Virus record (IMG/VR): IMGVR_UViG_3300025101_000019
Span: 109,351 to 173,350 of that record
Reading direction: 5' to 3' (one strand)
Length of the DNA stretch: 64,000 nt
Source of the DNA: a virus
The translations under genes and the position numbers were made by a program. Below, piece by piece: positions 49,590 to 59,796 of this stretch (positions are counted from its first letter, which is position 1; every line of letters begins with the position of its first letter). Under the pieces are notes generated by a model that had not been told where the DNA came from, did not search any database, and saw only the letters and a program-made list of their open reading frames with translations.

Positions 49590-51976
49590 TATGTTCCTCT
49601 ACTTTGTCTTGTTCTCTGTGTTCTTGATATTTCACTAACTACTTTATTATCAAATACTATTTGTATTGGTTGACCCTTTATGTCAGCTCTCAACAATTTA
49701 AGTTCTTCTAATAATGGGTCACTTTCACCACCACCACCTGCGGTTGCACCACCACCATCGTCACCACCTGCTCCAAATGCTCCTGCAATCATTGGTAACA
49801 TAAGTCCTAATGCGAATACTGTTCCAAGGAATGGTGTTATCATCAATAGACCCATTGCGAATGGCATCATCGCCAACCCTACTGCCGCAAGTCCTGCCGC
49901 CAAGGAAAGTAAACCTGGTGCGACTAACACTAATTGACTTAATCCTGCGGCTAATGCCGATATTGCTGGAACTGCTGCAATCAATATCATAGATGCGAGT
50001 CCAAATGCAAGAATACCCGGCGTTGCGTAAAGTAATCCAAGACCCAATGCCAACATACCAATACCAAGTAAACTTAATATTGCGGTTAATGGTATTAATG
50101 CGGGTGCAATCATAATCAGACCCATTAAGGATTCTGTAAGATTACCCATCATTTCAAATCCTTTAGCAATTTCTTGTATTGCGTACCCAAGAACTAATAA
50201 TGCTGCGGCTATGATTAACATTGCGGCTGCACCTGCGAGAATAGCAACTGCTCCAACACCACTCATCATTATTGCACCTACCAATGCCAATGCACCTACT
50301 AATGCTAACATGGATACAACTGCCATACCAATAGCTTTCCATTCAACCTTCATAAATTCTTGTACTGCTTTTGCGAATACAAATACGGCTGCCGCTACAA
50401 GTATTAATGCTGCACCACCTGCGAGTAGTTTCTTGGCGTCTATTTTTGAAATGGCGTCTGTCATACCACTCATTCCTTTACCACCACCACTTTTGATATT
50501 AGACTTTTTCTTGGTGATTGATTTTGACTTATCATTACCACCACTACCTGGTGCACCACCAAAGAAACTCTTACCACCTAATTTGTTCATTATACCATAT
50601 TGTATAATCATTGAAGCAAGTTGTTTTCCCGTCTCTATTAAACCTTGCCCCATACTGGTAGCTCCTGCGGTTAGGAATCCGTAAACTTTTGCACCTTTTT
50701 CACCAAACTTTGCTTGTAACTCTGCGTTCTTTTCTTGAGTCTGTAACATATTACCCAACTCAGATGCAGACATTCCAATTGCGTCAGCATATATCTGTTG
50801 TTGTTTACGACCCATTTTACCAAAGTCTTCTGCAGATACACCTGCGTCATTTATAGCCTTCATCATCATTTCAGCACCCTTGGCTTGGTCACCGAATTGC
50901 ATTTCTTCTGCGGCTTTTAACATAGCTTGTTGGTCAGGTAACATTTCACCTAATCCAAATGCCCTTGCTTTCATCTGTTTTTGGATACTACCTTCTATAT
51001 CTAACATATTGTCAGATACCGCATTCAGTTTCTCCATTGACATCCCTTGTTTAACAAGTTCTGCTGATTTTTTAGCTAATACTTTAATTTCTTCTTTTGA
51101 CATCCCCAACATTTGGTTTTGTTGACTTGCCATATCTTTTAGAACTGCGGATGCGTTGACACCGACACCACTTGCGATGTCTTTTATTTCAGATGTCATA
51201 TCACTTGCGTCAGCACCTGCTTGTTCAAATATTTGTTGTAGTGCGACTGCACCAGCACCATCACCTAATAAGTTGGATAGTTCTGCTACATCTTTTAATG
51301 TTTCTGCGTTTATATGTTGAGCCGTTCCAAATGCGTCACTCATTGCCGTTGCAGCTGATGCCGCATCTTCTGCACTTACTGTTAGTGAGAACATCGATGC
51401 ACCTTGAATACTTGAAGCCATTCCTGCTGCTTCATTTGCTGATAGACCCATTGTCTTATATAAATCTATTGCAGTATCGTAAGTTCCAGTAAATGCCTCT
51501 TTTGCTTTACCAATACCTTCAGTAAATGCTTTTGCACCTAATGCCGCTACACCACCTGCTGCAAATAGGTCTGCAAGTTCTGATGAGTATCCTAATGATT
51601 CTTTTAATTGGTCGTTTTGGTCTTTAAGTAAATCTTCGTATTCTTTAGCTTTGTCTACTTGTTTTTGAACTTCTAATTCTTTCTCTTTTTCAGCATCAAG
51701 AATTTTAATTGTAGTGTCCAATTGTTTCATCAATCCCTTATTCAGGAATTTACCACTCTTTACAGTTTTTTCTATGTAGTCTTGTCTAGCTTCAACTGCT
51801 GCGTTTAGTTTATCGGCGGCACTTGTTTGTGATTTAAGATTGTCTGCTAATTTTGAGGCAAACTCATTTGCAGCCTTGGTATTCTTTCCTGCTTTACCAA
51901 GAAGGTCTGCTAATTCATTGGCGTAATTTCTTGCGCCAAGAAATGATTCTTCAATCTTTTTATAATCATCTGCCAT
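49589..51976 (-). CDS. Tail tape measure protein
   Basis: Ala/Gly/Met-rich helical protein with hydrophobic C-terminal segments, downstream of chaperones and tube. Confidence 0.85.
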   Translation of the reverse strand: MADDYKKIEESFLGARNYANELADLLGKAGKNTKAANEFASKLADNLKSQTSAADKLNAAVEARQDYIEKTVKSGKFLNKGLMKQLDTTIKILDAEKEKELEVQKQVDKAKEYEDLLKDQNDQLKESLGYSSELADLFAAGGVAALGAKAFTEGIGKAKEAFTGTYDTAIDLYKTMGLSANEAAGMASSIQGASMFSLTVSAEDAASAATAMSDAFGTAQHINAETLKDVAELSNLLGDGAGAVALQQIFEQAGADASDMTSEIKDIASGVGVNASAVLKDMASQQNQMLGMSKEEIKVLAKKSAELVKQGMSMEKLNAVSDNMLDIEGSIQKQMKARAFGLGEMLPDQQAMLKAAEEMQFGDQAKGAEMMMKAINDAGVSAEDFGKMGRKQQQIYADAIGMSASELGNMLQTQEKNAELQAKFGEKGAKVYGFLTAGATSMGQGLIETGKQLASMIIQYGIMNKLGGKSFFGGAPGSGGNDKSKSITKKKSNIKSGGGKGMSGMTDAISKIDAKKLLAGGAALILVAAAVFVFAKAVQEFMKVEWKAIGMAVVSMLALVGALALVGAIMMSGVGAVAILAGAAAMLIIAAALLVLGYAIQEIAKGFEMMGNLTESLMGLIMIAPALIPLTAILSLLGIGMLALGLGLLYATPGILAFGLASMILIAAVPAISALAAGLSQLVLVAPGLLSLAAGLAAVGLAMMPFAMGLLMITPFLGTVFALGLMLPMIAGAFGAGGDDGGGATAGGGGESDPLLEELKLLRADIKGQPIQIVFDNKVVSEISRTQRTRQSRGT

Positions 51977-51990
51977 TTAGAACCCTAAAG

Positions 51991-52248
51991 TTATTCAATT
52001 CCGAATTGTTTCTTCATTACTTGAGGAATTTTATCCTTACTACCATATTGTTGGATAAGTAGTTTTTCTTGAGCTGAAGTTATGTCTTTCACTTTTTGTT
52101 TAGACCTTTCAATGTCCTTTTCAATCTGTTTAAGTTTGGTATCGGTTTTAGCCTTTTGTATTCTGTGAAAGATTCTATCAATAAAACCCTCATCTACTCC
52201 CTTGGAAGATAAGACCTCTCTTAATTTAGTTGCTTTGATGGTTTTCAT
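51991..52248 (-). CDS. Small late hypothetical protein
   Basis: Late motif at 52271; coiled-coil-like. Confidence 0.65.
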   Translation of the reverse strand: MKTIKATKLREVLSSKGVDEGFIDRIFHRIQKAKTDTKLKQIEKDIERSKQKVKDITSAQEKLLIQQYGSKDKIPQVMKKQFGIE

Positions 52249-52281
52249 ATAATATCCCTTTGTTATATTCTATAAATATGT

Positions 52282-52306
52282 AAAAACCCAACAAATATGT
52301 CGGGTT
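52282..52306 (-). terminator. Rho-independent terminator
   Basis: Minus strand AACCCGACA-TATT-TGTTGGGTT followed by T run. Confidence 0.7.
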
Positions 52307-52318
52307 CTTATACTACTA

Positions 52319-52540
52319 TTATTTTCTTGGTGTTTTTGACTTGATTTTTCTCATTTCTTTATCATGTGCCTTTTTTTCTTCTTGTTTGAATTCTATTATC
52401 TTACCGATATAGAAGTTTCTCGCCCAAACAGGCATATTGTAGACATCGGTGTGACTAAACCCACCATTTCCATGATATATGAGGTCAAAAATTTGAGAAT
52501 GTAAATGCTTTCTATAATCACTCGGAAGGCCAAAAAAACC
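52319..52540 (-). CDS. Tail assembly chaperone C-terminal module (gp51-like), probably made by frameshift from 52518..53396
   Basis: IFDLIYHG..FS..DVYNMPVW.R.FY motif; no convincing own start; overlaps upstream gene at GGGTTTTTTTGG. Confidence 0.7.
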   Translation of the reverse strand, partial: GFFGLPSDYRKHLHSQIFDLIYHGNGGFSHTDVYNMPVWARNFYIGKIIEFKQEEKKAHDKEMRKIKSKTPRK

Positions 52541-53396
52541 CGACATCCATAGGCAGTTGCATTTCTCTCTCTTCCCCGGTCTCCTCAGATACAAATTCAA
52601 ATGTTAAATCAATATCGGGAACACTTTGGTTGATATACGCTCTGAGTGCCTTTGAATCTACTGCGAATAATTCATTGTCCACGAAATGATTGATGTCTTT
52701 TTGGTCATCTGACCCATCTACTGAAAGAATCATATTTTTCATTCTTGTAGTTAACTCTCTTGAAGTCATATCTTTTAATTTACGATTTGCCTTCTTAATT
52801 GCTTCTACTTGATGTTTAACTTTTCTTTCTTTAGATTCGGTCATCGCCATAAAGGTAACCTTTCTCTGTGAGGTTGGTAAAGTGAATTCGAACTCATTTT
52901 TATGTGGTTCTACTTGATTTTCACCCTCATAATCCTTATTTTGGAATTGAGTAAGGTCGATGTTTTCTTTTTGCTTTGTACCTGGCATAGTTGGGTCGTC
53001 AATTTCAACCTTATACTCTTTACCATACCCAAGTACTCTTGCAGCAATCATAATTGCGTTTTTATCACCTGTAACTAAATCTATGTATTTAATTGTTTCA
53101 CCTTCACCATTACCAACGATTAATGACTGAAATAATCTGTCTAAAACAGTTCCGTCTTTAATATATGATTGTGTGGTTAGGATATCTTCCTCTTTTGCGG
53201 TCATATACTTCATTTCAACCTTTCCACTTGATAGTGGGTTGTCTTTTGGGTATATAAGTCCTTTTGAGGGTAAATCTATAACTTCCGTAGGGAACTTATA
53301 GTCACGAACTTCTCTTTGTTCGTGGTCTTTGATAGCTTTTTGTACCATATCCTTGTCGGAAATTGGGTACTCATCTTCTAATCTTTCTTTTGCCAT
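52518..53396 (-). CDS. Baseplate hub/tail assembly chaperone (gp26-like)
   Basis: IDLPSKG..Y, MTAKEEDIL, R..GYG.EY, F.LP, C-terminal FFWP. Confidence 0.82.
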   Translation of the reverse strand: MAKERLEDEYPISDKDMVQKAIKDHEQREVRDYKFPTEVIDLPSKGLIYPKDNPLSSGKVEMKYMTAKEEDILTTQSYIKDGTVLDRLFQSLIVGNGEGETIKYIDLVTGDKNAIMIAARVLGYGKEYKVEIDDPTMPGTKQKENIDLTQFQNKDYEGENQVEPHKNEFEFTLPTSQRKVTFMAMTESKERKVKHQVEAIKKANRKLKDMTSRELTTRMKNMILSVDGSDDQKDINHFVDNELFAVDSKALRAYINQSVPDIDLTFEFVSEETGEEREMQLPMDVGFFWPSE

Positions 53397-53469
53397 AATA
53401 AAACTCGTTTTATATCTTTTTTTGTTGTACTGTACTATAATATATATGTAACTGGACTATTATTAATAC

Positions 53470-53504
53470 AAAAAGTCTCAAAATTGTTTTAATAATGAGA
53501 CTTT
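53470..53504 (-). terminator. Putative terminator hairpin
   Basis: AAAGTCTCA...TGAGACTTT inverted repeat followed by T run on minus strand. Confidence 0.55.
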
Positions 53505-53527
53505 AAGATTTTAAAATAGATTTTGGA

Positions 53528-53797
53528 TTATCCCCAAGTATAATTACCTTCGGTTCCTGTTAGTGTAGTTACACCACATTCAAATCCATCTGGTAAATCA
53601 CCATCATAGGTAATTTTTTCTCTTCCACCATAATCGAAGCCATTAATTGGTAGTCCCCAATCTTCATTTGCTTCTGCGATTGTAAAATGCGTTGCAGCTT
53701 CACCACCATTGTCCTTGTCTTCCCAAGTACAATATGAATCATCACCAATCCACTCAACAATATTGTCATCAATTCTTTTAACTATTAATTTTGCCAT
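53528..53797 (-). CDS. Small acidic late protein
   Basis: Own late motif, SD AAGGAG, downstream hairpin. Confidence 0.7.
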   Translation of the reverse strand: MAKLIVKRIDDNIVEWIGDDSYCTWEDKDNGGEAATHFTIAEANEDWGLPINGFDYGGREKITYDGDLPDGFECGVTTLTGTEGNYTWG

Positions 53798-53845
53798 ATC
53801 TTATCTCCTTTTTGGTTAACCTCTAATAAATATGTAAATAAAATT

Positions 53846-53872
53846 AAAAAACCCACCTTATGGGGCGGGTTT
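53846..53872 (-). terminator. Rho-independent terminator after tail tube gene
   Basis: Minus strand AAACCCGCC-CCATAA-GGTGGGTTT followed by T run. Confidence 0.75.
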
Positions 53873-53901
53873 CTTATTTCAATTTTTATTACAATCCGTA
53901 T

Positions 53902-54390
53902 TTAGTATTGTAGTATTGCGTAATCGTAAGTAAGTGTCATTTCTACTGTTGCCAAATCTTCACCTGCGTAGTCCATGTCTGAAAAATTAGCTGATTGAAT
54001 ATATGCACCTTTAAGTGTCCACTCTTCTACTTTATCACCAACAGGACCCAAACTGTTAAATGTGATATCTTTCTTATAGAAATCAGAGTATCCATCTCTA
54101 CCTGTTACAGATTCGTGATGTAGTCTTACCCACTCCATTACTGCTTGTGCAGCGGAAGGTACGACTGGGTCGTATAAAGTGATTGCTAAATCTTGCCACT
54201 CAGAACGACCTTTTACATATCTTCTAACATTGATATGGTCGATGGTAACTTTACCATTGTTTATTTCTGGTCTGGCTGCCGTTTTCACCAAGTATGCAGG
54301 GATTCCTTCGATGTACATGATGAACCTATTTGACATTTTAGGTTCAAAGTTGGTGAACATTATTTCATTTGGGTCTAATAATTGTGCCAT
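53902..54390 (-). CDS. Tail tube protein (gp19-like)
   Basis: NRF, KGR.EW..L.ITLYD, EW, YKKD, W.LKGA, LTYDYA; follows sheath. Confidence 0.92.
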   Translation of the reverse strand: MAQLLDPNEIMFTNFEPKMSNRFIMYIEGIPAYLVKTAARPEINNGKVTIDHINVRRYVKGRSEWQDLAITLYDPVVPSAAQAVMEWVRLHHESVTGRDGYSDFYKKDITFNSLGPVGDKVEEWTLKGAYIQSANFSDMDYAGEDLATVEMTLTYDYAILQY

Positions 54391-54435
54391 TTAATTCTCC
54401 TATTTCTCTTTCTAATAAATAGTCTTTATTTTATT

Positions 54436-56838
54436 TTATTCAGGAAAAGCTGCGCCAGTTGGTAGTACATTGAAATCAAGTACTATAAATTCTGCAGTTT
54501 TTGCTGGTTGAATAAAGATTTCTCCTTTTAAGATGTTTCTATCTATAATATCTGGTGTATTGTTTGATTCGTCCATAATCACTCGGAAAGCGAAAAGACC
54601 TTGTCTTTGTTGTACTGACTCTAAGTATGGGTTAACAATACTTAAGAATCTGTTTCTTGTTGCTGCCGTATTATTTTCGAATAGTAAATACCTTGAAGAT
54701 GATGCGATGAACTTCTTCAATGCGATTAACAATCTTCTAACATTAATTCTGTCAAGAGCTGATGGTCTAGCTTGTAATGTCTTTTGACCAAATACAGTAG
54801 CACCTTGTCCAGGGAATGTAGCGATTGGGTTAATTCTGTTTTCGTATAATGTATCTCTCTCGTCATGAGTTAATCTTGACTTAACTTCGATTACATTTGA
54901 TAAACCACCTCTATTAAGACCTGCTGGTGCGAACCATGGTTCAGCAACTGCGTCATTAAATGCGATAACACCTGGTAATACAACACTTGGTGGTACCCAG
55001 ACTGGCTTATTTTTATCTGTGTCAAGAATCTTAACCCATGGGTGATAAGTTCCAACATAGTTTGAATCGAATGAACTTAGTGAGTTAACTACTGTTGCGA
55101 TTGAATCTGTGTAAGAACCTGCGTCCATTACATAGAATGTGTCTTGTCTGTCTTCACACATATCTTTAGCGAAAGTAGTTACTGACGAGTGTAGTCTATT
55201 GATTACACCTGGTGTAATTAACAAGTTCATGTCATACTCATCAGGATTTGACATTGCGCTAATAGCTTTTCTCATTGCGATTGTACCTTCTGCGGTTGCT
55301 GATGATAAATCTAATCCTTGCATATTACCTGCAACAATGTTTTCTCCTGTTAGTACTGTTCTGTTTGGTGCGAATCCATCGAATCCACCTTGGAATGGTA
55401 CTAAGAATTTTTTGTTGTCTATAAGACCATCGTTTAGTGCAATTGCTGCTCCATTAGAAGTACATTGACTTAATAAGAACTTATTTCCAACACTTTCAGA
55501 GTTTGAATCTGGAATTGGGTTTAAGTAGTTTAAGTTATCTGTATTTGTAAAGTCGAATGAATAACCTAAGAATGCTCTCTTGTTAAATTCACCTGCAATT
55601 GATTGTTCTGTTACATATGTAGGACTTGGTAAATCATGTCCACTATGTATAGGTGACTTAACTGGTGCGAATCCGAAAGGAACAAGACTTGCATCAAGTG
55701 CTCCACCATCCATATCACTATTTACTTCTACTCTAATGTTTACAGATGCGTTTGGATAATCCCCATTTGAAGTAACTTTACCATTGTTATCAACAGTAAT
55801 AAACTTGTCACCAATAACTCTTTTAATGTAGTTAGGTGAATTAGGGTCTAAGTTAAGTCCACTAAATTCTTCTATAATACTTGGTCTAACATCACTATCT
55901 TGAACAGTTTGACCGAATATAGAATTAGCAATTTTAGAAGTATCTACTCTTCGTAGGATAACACTAAATGTTCCATACTCAGAACCAGGAACTTCATTTG
56001 CTGGTTTAATATCTCTAATACCAATTTTAAATTCGTAGTTTGTCGAAGTACCATGTGACAATGTGTGGAATCTAAATAAGTTTTTACTTGTACCTGATAC
56101 ATCTTGTGATATGATGAAAGGTGTTGAAGCTTCTTGGTATGCTTTTGTATAGTCAGTTTTTCTAAATGTATCAACTTCTACATTACAATTAGGGTCAGCT
56201 GCGAAAGATGCCGATTGGAATGAATTGAAGTTCATATATAGGTAACCAAATTCCGAACCATTTTTAGGAGATGAACCAAGTGTTTTTCCAATGTAGTTTA
56301 CTGCGCTTGGGTCTAATGATGCGGTTGCTATTGCAAGTACTGCTGACTCTGATAAACCTGTTACTGCACCTGATGCACTCATATAAAGTGCGAAGTTAGA
56401 TGCCGAAACATCTGGTGTTGGTGAAGCTGCTGAACCACTCAAGTTTGTTACAAGTGACCTATCAAATGAACCTGTTGAGTTTGCAACACCACCGAAAGGT
56501 ACTTTTGTAGTAGGGTGAATTACTGCTGCTACTGAACCACTAATCTTTAATACTAAAGGTTCAACAGTGTAACCACTCTGTCCTAATACTCTTACGATAG
56601 TCGCAGTTCCTGCGTCTTCTAAATATGATTGTGCAGTATAAGGTAGGTATGAATCTTCTGTCAAACCACCAAATACTTGTTGAAATTCTTGAAAGGACTC
56701 TACCTGTGTTGGTACGAATGCAGGCCCCTTTATACTTTGTCCTATAAGTGCCGCACCTATCTCCCCTATACCTTGTGGTAAGAATGAGAGGTCTTTTTCT
56801 CTTGTGAATACACCTGGACTAACAATTCTTTCTGCCAT
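54436..56838 (-). CDS. Tail sheath protein (gp18-like)
   Basis: SPGVF.RE.D, WFAPAGLNRG, RINPI, GQKTL, DRINVRRL, AEFI.LDF. Confidence 0.96.
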   Translation of the reverse strand: MAERIVSPGVFTREKDLSFLPQGIGEIGAALIGQSIKGPAFVPTQVESFQEFQQVFGGLTEDSYLPYTAQSYLEDAGTATIVRVLGQSGYTVEPLVLKISGSVAAVIHPTTKVPFGGVANSTGSFDRSLVTNLSGSAASPTPDVSASNFALYMSASGAVTGLSESAVLAIATASLDPSAVNYIGKTLGSSPKNGSEFGYLYMNFNSFQSASFAADPNCNVEVDTFRKTDYTKAYQEASTPFIISQDVSGTSKNLFRFHTLSHGTSTNYEFKIGIRDIKPANEVPGSEYGTFSVILRRVDTSKIANSIFGQTVQDSDVRPSIIEEFSGLNLDPNSPNYIKRVIGDKFITVDNNGKVTSNGDYPNASVNIRVEVNSDMDGGALDASLVPFGFAPVKSPIHSGHDLPSPTYVTEQSIAGEFNKRAFLGYSFDFTNTDNLNYLNPIPDSNSESVGNKFLLSQCTSNGAAIALNDGLIDNKKFLVPFQGGFDGFAPNRTVLTGENIVAGNMQGLDLSSATAEGTIAMRKAISAMSNPDEYDMNLLITPGVINRLHSSVTTFAKDMCEDRQDTFYVMDAGSYTDSIATVVNSLSSFDSNYVGTYHPWVKILDTDKNKPVWVPPSVVLPGVIAFNDAVAEPWFAPAGLNRGGLSNVIEVKSRLTHDERDTLYENRINPIATFPGQGATVFGQKTLQARPSALDRINVRRLLIALKKFIASSSRYLLFENNTAATRNRFLSIVNPYLESVQQRQGLFAFRVIMDESNNTPDIIDRNILKGEIFIQPAKTAEFIVLDFNVLPTGAAFPE

Positions 56839-56875
56839 TATTTTCTCCTAAATTAAATCTTTGGGTTTACCTTTA

Positions 56876-56883
56876 TATAAATA
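56876..56883 (-). promoter_or_regulatory. Putative late promoter motif TATTTATA (sheath)
   Basis: Intergenic, upstream of structural gene. Confidence 0.65.
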
Positions 56884-56908
56884 CTCCAAAAATTTCCAAA
56901 ACGAATAC

Positions 56909-57190
56909 TTATTTGTTAGGTGTGAAAGTATTTGTAGCTACATCGTAAGTTCCCTCACCATATTTAGCTCTCAACTCCACACTTAATTCTCTTTCCTCGT
57001 TGGATAATTCTCTGTAAGATTCCATCAAAGTGTTCTTTTCAAGTTTCATTTCATTGAATTGGGCTTCCATGTTTTGAATACCAATTTCAATCTCACCTAA
57101 CCTTGATGTAATTGATAGAGTTTTACTTTGAATTTCCGTAATTTTTTTAACTTCTTCTTCCGAAAAACTTTTTATTTCTTTTTCTGCCAT
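56909..57190 (-). CDS. Small coiled-coil protein
   Basis: Heptad pattern, C-terminal KYGEG.YD. Confidence 0.7.
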   Translation of the reverse strand: MAEKEIKSFSEEEVKKITEIQSKTLSITSRLGEIEIGIQNMEAQFNEMKLEKNTLMESYRELSNEERELSVELRAKYGEGTYDVATNTFTPNK

Positions 57191-57232
57191 AACATATTAA
57201 TTTTATTTACTACACTTATAAATATGGAAAAA

Positions 57233-58072
57233 TTATTCATTACCACTCTTTTTAGAGATTTTAATGCCAGAAAGACTTGGGTCTTCTGAAAATGAAACTT
57301 TTCCAATCGATACTGTTCGTTTAGTATTGTTGTTTAGTCCGACATATTCTGGAACGATATAAGCCTTAGTTACTAAAGATATTGTTGCTTTAGTAATTCG
57401 GTCTTGACCCATCTCAGACATTGTTTCAAATGAGTAAGAATCACCTTTTATTACAAACTTATATCTTTCACCAAAAGAACGACCTTGGAAAAATACAATT
57501 TGCTCTACAACTTTGTTAACTTGTTCCATATAGTCACACCAAACTATCACTTCATATTGTAAATCAACATAATCAGGTCTTTCAACTGACATAAATTCTT
57601 TCTTTGGATTTTCTCCTGTCAGTATTGCAAATTGGTCGTACTTATTAAGTTTATTGTACTTTCTTTCAAAGAACTGATGTGTATCTTCGTTTTGTGCAAC
57701 TTTTAATTTTGCTAAATCGGTGTTTACTGATAGATTATCTCTTTTAAAAACAATAACGGGAGTTAACATCATTCCGTTTTCGTCTCTCATAAACCCATCT
57801 CGTTGTGCACTTGCCCACTTTTCAGGTGATGCATACATTACAGGAACAGGATAAAATCTTCCATCATCCTCAACAGTTGGTCTTACATCCTTTTCTAAAA
57901 AGTTTTTAAATGCAGAATCGATATCGTAAATACCAACACTTACATTTTTTACATTATCCTTATCCCTTCTAAACTGCTTTGCTTTATTTAATATAGGGTC
58001 AGGTGATGTAGAAGATTGTGTTTGTATAATCTGAGGTTTCGAGTTGTCTGTATTTCTGTATTTAGTTGCCAT
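57233..58072 (-). CDS. Tail terminator/completion protein (gp15-like)
   Basis: VPVMYA.PEKW, P.I...R, PDYVDL.YE; synteny. Confidence 0.7.
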   Translation of the reverse strand: MATKYRNTDNSKPQIIQTQSSTSPDPILNKAKQFRRDKDNVKNVSVGIYDIDSAFKNFLEKDVRPTVEDDGRFYPVPVMYASPEKWASAQRDGFMRDENGMMLTPVIVFKRDNLSVNTDLAKLKVAQNEDTHQFFERKYNKLNKYDQFAILTGENPKKEFMSVERPDYVDLQYEVIVWCDYMEQVNKVVEQIVFFQGRSFGERYKFVIKGDSYSFETMSEMGQDRITKATISLVTKAYIVPEYVGLNNNTKRTVSIGKVSFSEDPSLSGIKISKKSGNE

Positions 58073-58075
58073 CGT

Positions 58076-58603
58076 TTATAGTCCCATTGGTACTTCGTTA
58101 TCATTTTGGTTTGAATTACCGAATCTTGTTTCTACTAATTTAATACTTGTTTGTCTTGTAACATGACTATCACATATAATAGATACATTTAAACCTTGAG
58201 TTTCACCACCATCCCAATACTGAGGATTCTTTCCTGCAAAGTATTGATATGAGTATGATGCGTCTATTAGATGATATTCATTATTCCATTGTATAATATC
58301 ACCAACTGCAGGTACTAAATCTTTTTCTTTTAATGTATCTCTTAAAAACTTAAACTGAACTTCACGAGAATATGATTGTCCAAACTCATCAGATATTTGT
58401 GCTGCTTGATTTCTTTCTACTAAACATGGTATTTTTATTGGATTGTGAAATACTTTATTGTCACCCTCACCATATAAATTAGATTTGGTTTCAGTAATCG
58501 CAACCATATAGTAATACACTTCTGTATCAATTATATCATTAATGAGTTCTTTGTTCAATTTATTAAACAAACTCATATCTCTTTGTCCACCGAACAATGC
58601 CAT
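58076..58603 (-). CDS. Neck/head-closure protein (gp14-like)
   Basis: NLYGE, P.VGDII; synteny. Confidence 0.7.
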   Translation of the reverse strand: MALFGGQRDMSLFNKLNKELINDIIDTEVYYYMVAITETKSNLYGEGDNKVFHNPIKIPCLVERNQAAQISDEFGQSYSREVQFKFLRDTLKEKDLVPAVGDIIQWNNEYHLIDASYSYQYFAGKNPQYWDGGETQGLNVSIICDSHVTRQTSIKLVETRFGNSNQNDNEVPMGL

Positions 58604-58606
58604 AAA

Positions 58607-59770
58607 TTACCCTATAAAAATTGGTCTTGGTACTCTGTTTAAAGTTTCCTCTAAGTATTCAGACTCTTCTTTTCTTGCTTCCATTAATGCTCTACGAGAA
58701 GTTGATTCTAACATTTCTTTCAAGTCAGTTAACAAAGTTTCTTTTTCAGCCGAAGCTTCATTTCTTAAATCAGACCCATCAAGTGTTACATCTGCACCTG
58801 GTATAGGAATAGAACTAAATTTAGCTCTGATAGCACCTAACATCTCTTTTGCTAATGCTAATGCATATCGTGCAATCCATTGTTTACCTGCACTATTGAT
58901 ATTAGTATATGTTAATCTTCCAAATGGTGCGTTTGATAAATCACTTACAACATTTGAATTTGCAATTGGTGATTTACTTTCACTTTCTAATGTATAATCG
59001 AAATATACTTTTGCACCTGTATCTTTTCCTTGAGGGAATGGATATAATCTAATTCGTTGTCCATCTACATGGAATCCATATGATGATTTTCTAATATAAT
59101 CATTAAATTCGATTGCTTGTAATCTTAATAAGTCATCAAACATTGGTTGCATCATGAATGAAACACCTGGTGAGTAATTACCCCATCCAAAAGTTTCTAA
59201 CATTTGTTGAGAACCTAATCCTGTTCCGATAAATGGGTCAAAGTATCTTATGATTGCTGGTGGTTGTGTATGGAATACTCGTCTAAGTACGATACCATCA
59301 TTTACTGAACCATTTTCTAAGTTCACCACATTTGCATCAGATAAATCATAAATCTGTTGACCTGCTACCATTTCAAAAGAACCTGTATATACTGTTACTC
59401 GTCCACCACTTAATGCTTCAGTACCATAATCTTTTGCGATACTAACCATACCATTTAGATTTGGTGCAATCTCAGTATCAGACAAATCAGTACCTAAAGC
59501 AGTACCTTGTATTGACAACATATTTTCTTTTGCTCTGTATTGATTTACTTGTGAAGAGTATTCGTTAGCTGCTTCTTCAAGACAAGTAAAAAAGTTTATA
59601 TCTTGCAACTCGACATCTACGATTGGGTAACCCAATCTCTTCGCACACCATTCTGCTACTTTCGGAGCGTCATTCTGAAATTGAGTATCAGAATCAAAGA
59701 ATCCGAAAGGAGTTGATGAACCACTTGAAAATGAACCTGAACCAGGCCATATTGGAATGTTTACTGCCAT
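58607..59770 (-). CDS. Neck/adaptor protein (gp13-like)
   Basis: RLGYP.VDVEL, WI..YALAL.KE.LG..R.KF, VTLDG. Confidence 0.82.
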   Translation of the reverse strand: MAVNIPIWPGSGSFSSGSSTPFGFFDSDTQFQNDAPKVAEWCAKRLGYPIVDVELQDINFFTCLEEAANEYSSQVNQYRAKENMLSIQGTALGTDLSDTEIAPNLNGMVSIAKDYGTEALSGGRVTVYTGSFEMVAGQQIYDLSDANVVNLENGSVNDGIVLRRVFHTQPPAIIRYFDPFIGTGLGSQQMLETFGWGNYSPGVSFMMQPMFDDLLRLQAIEFNDYIRKSSYGFHVDGQRIRLYPFPQGKDTGAKVYFDYTLESESKSPIANSNVVSDLSNAPFGRLTYTNINSAGKQWIARYALALAKEMLGAIRAKFSSIPIPGADVTLDGSDLRNEASAEKETLLTDLKEMLESTSRRALMEARKEESEYLEETLNRVPRPIFIG

Positions 59771-59788
59771 TTAATTCTCCTCTATGTA

Positions 59789-59796
59789 TATAAATA
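59789..59796 (-). promoter_or_regulatory. Putative late promoter motif TATTTATA (neck genes)
   Basis: Intergenic, upstream of GAGGAG SD and neck gene. Confidence 0.65.

Noticed and set aside
52390-52541. Canonical -1 frameshift at GGGTTTT
   Set aside because: The heptamer is not phased as X XXY YYZ in the upstream frame, and the conserved-looking module is in the +1 frame; the -1 frame is open for about 49 codons but has no motif
33173-53772. Small minus-strand out-of-frame ORFs (33173..33376, 42962..43162, 49151..49345, 53569..53772)
   Set aside because: Nested within stronger genes, with no initiation signals or motifs
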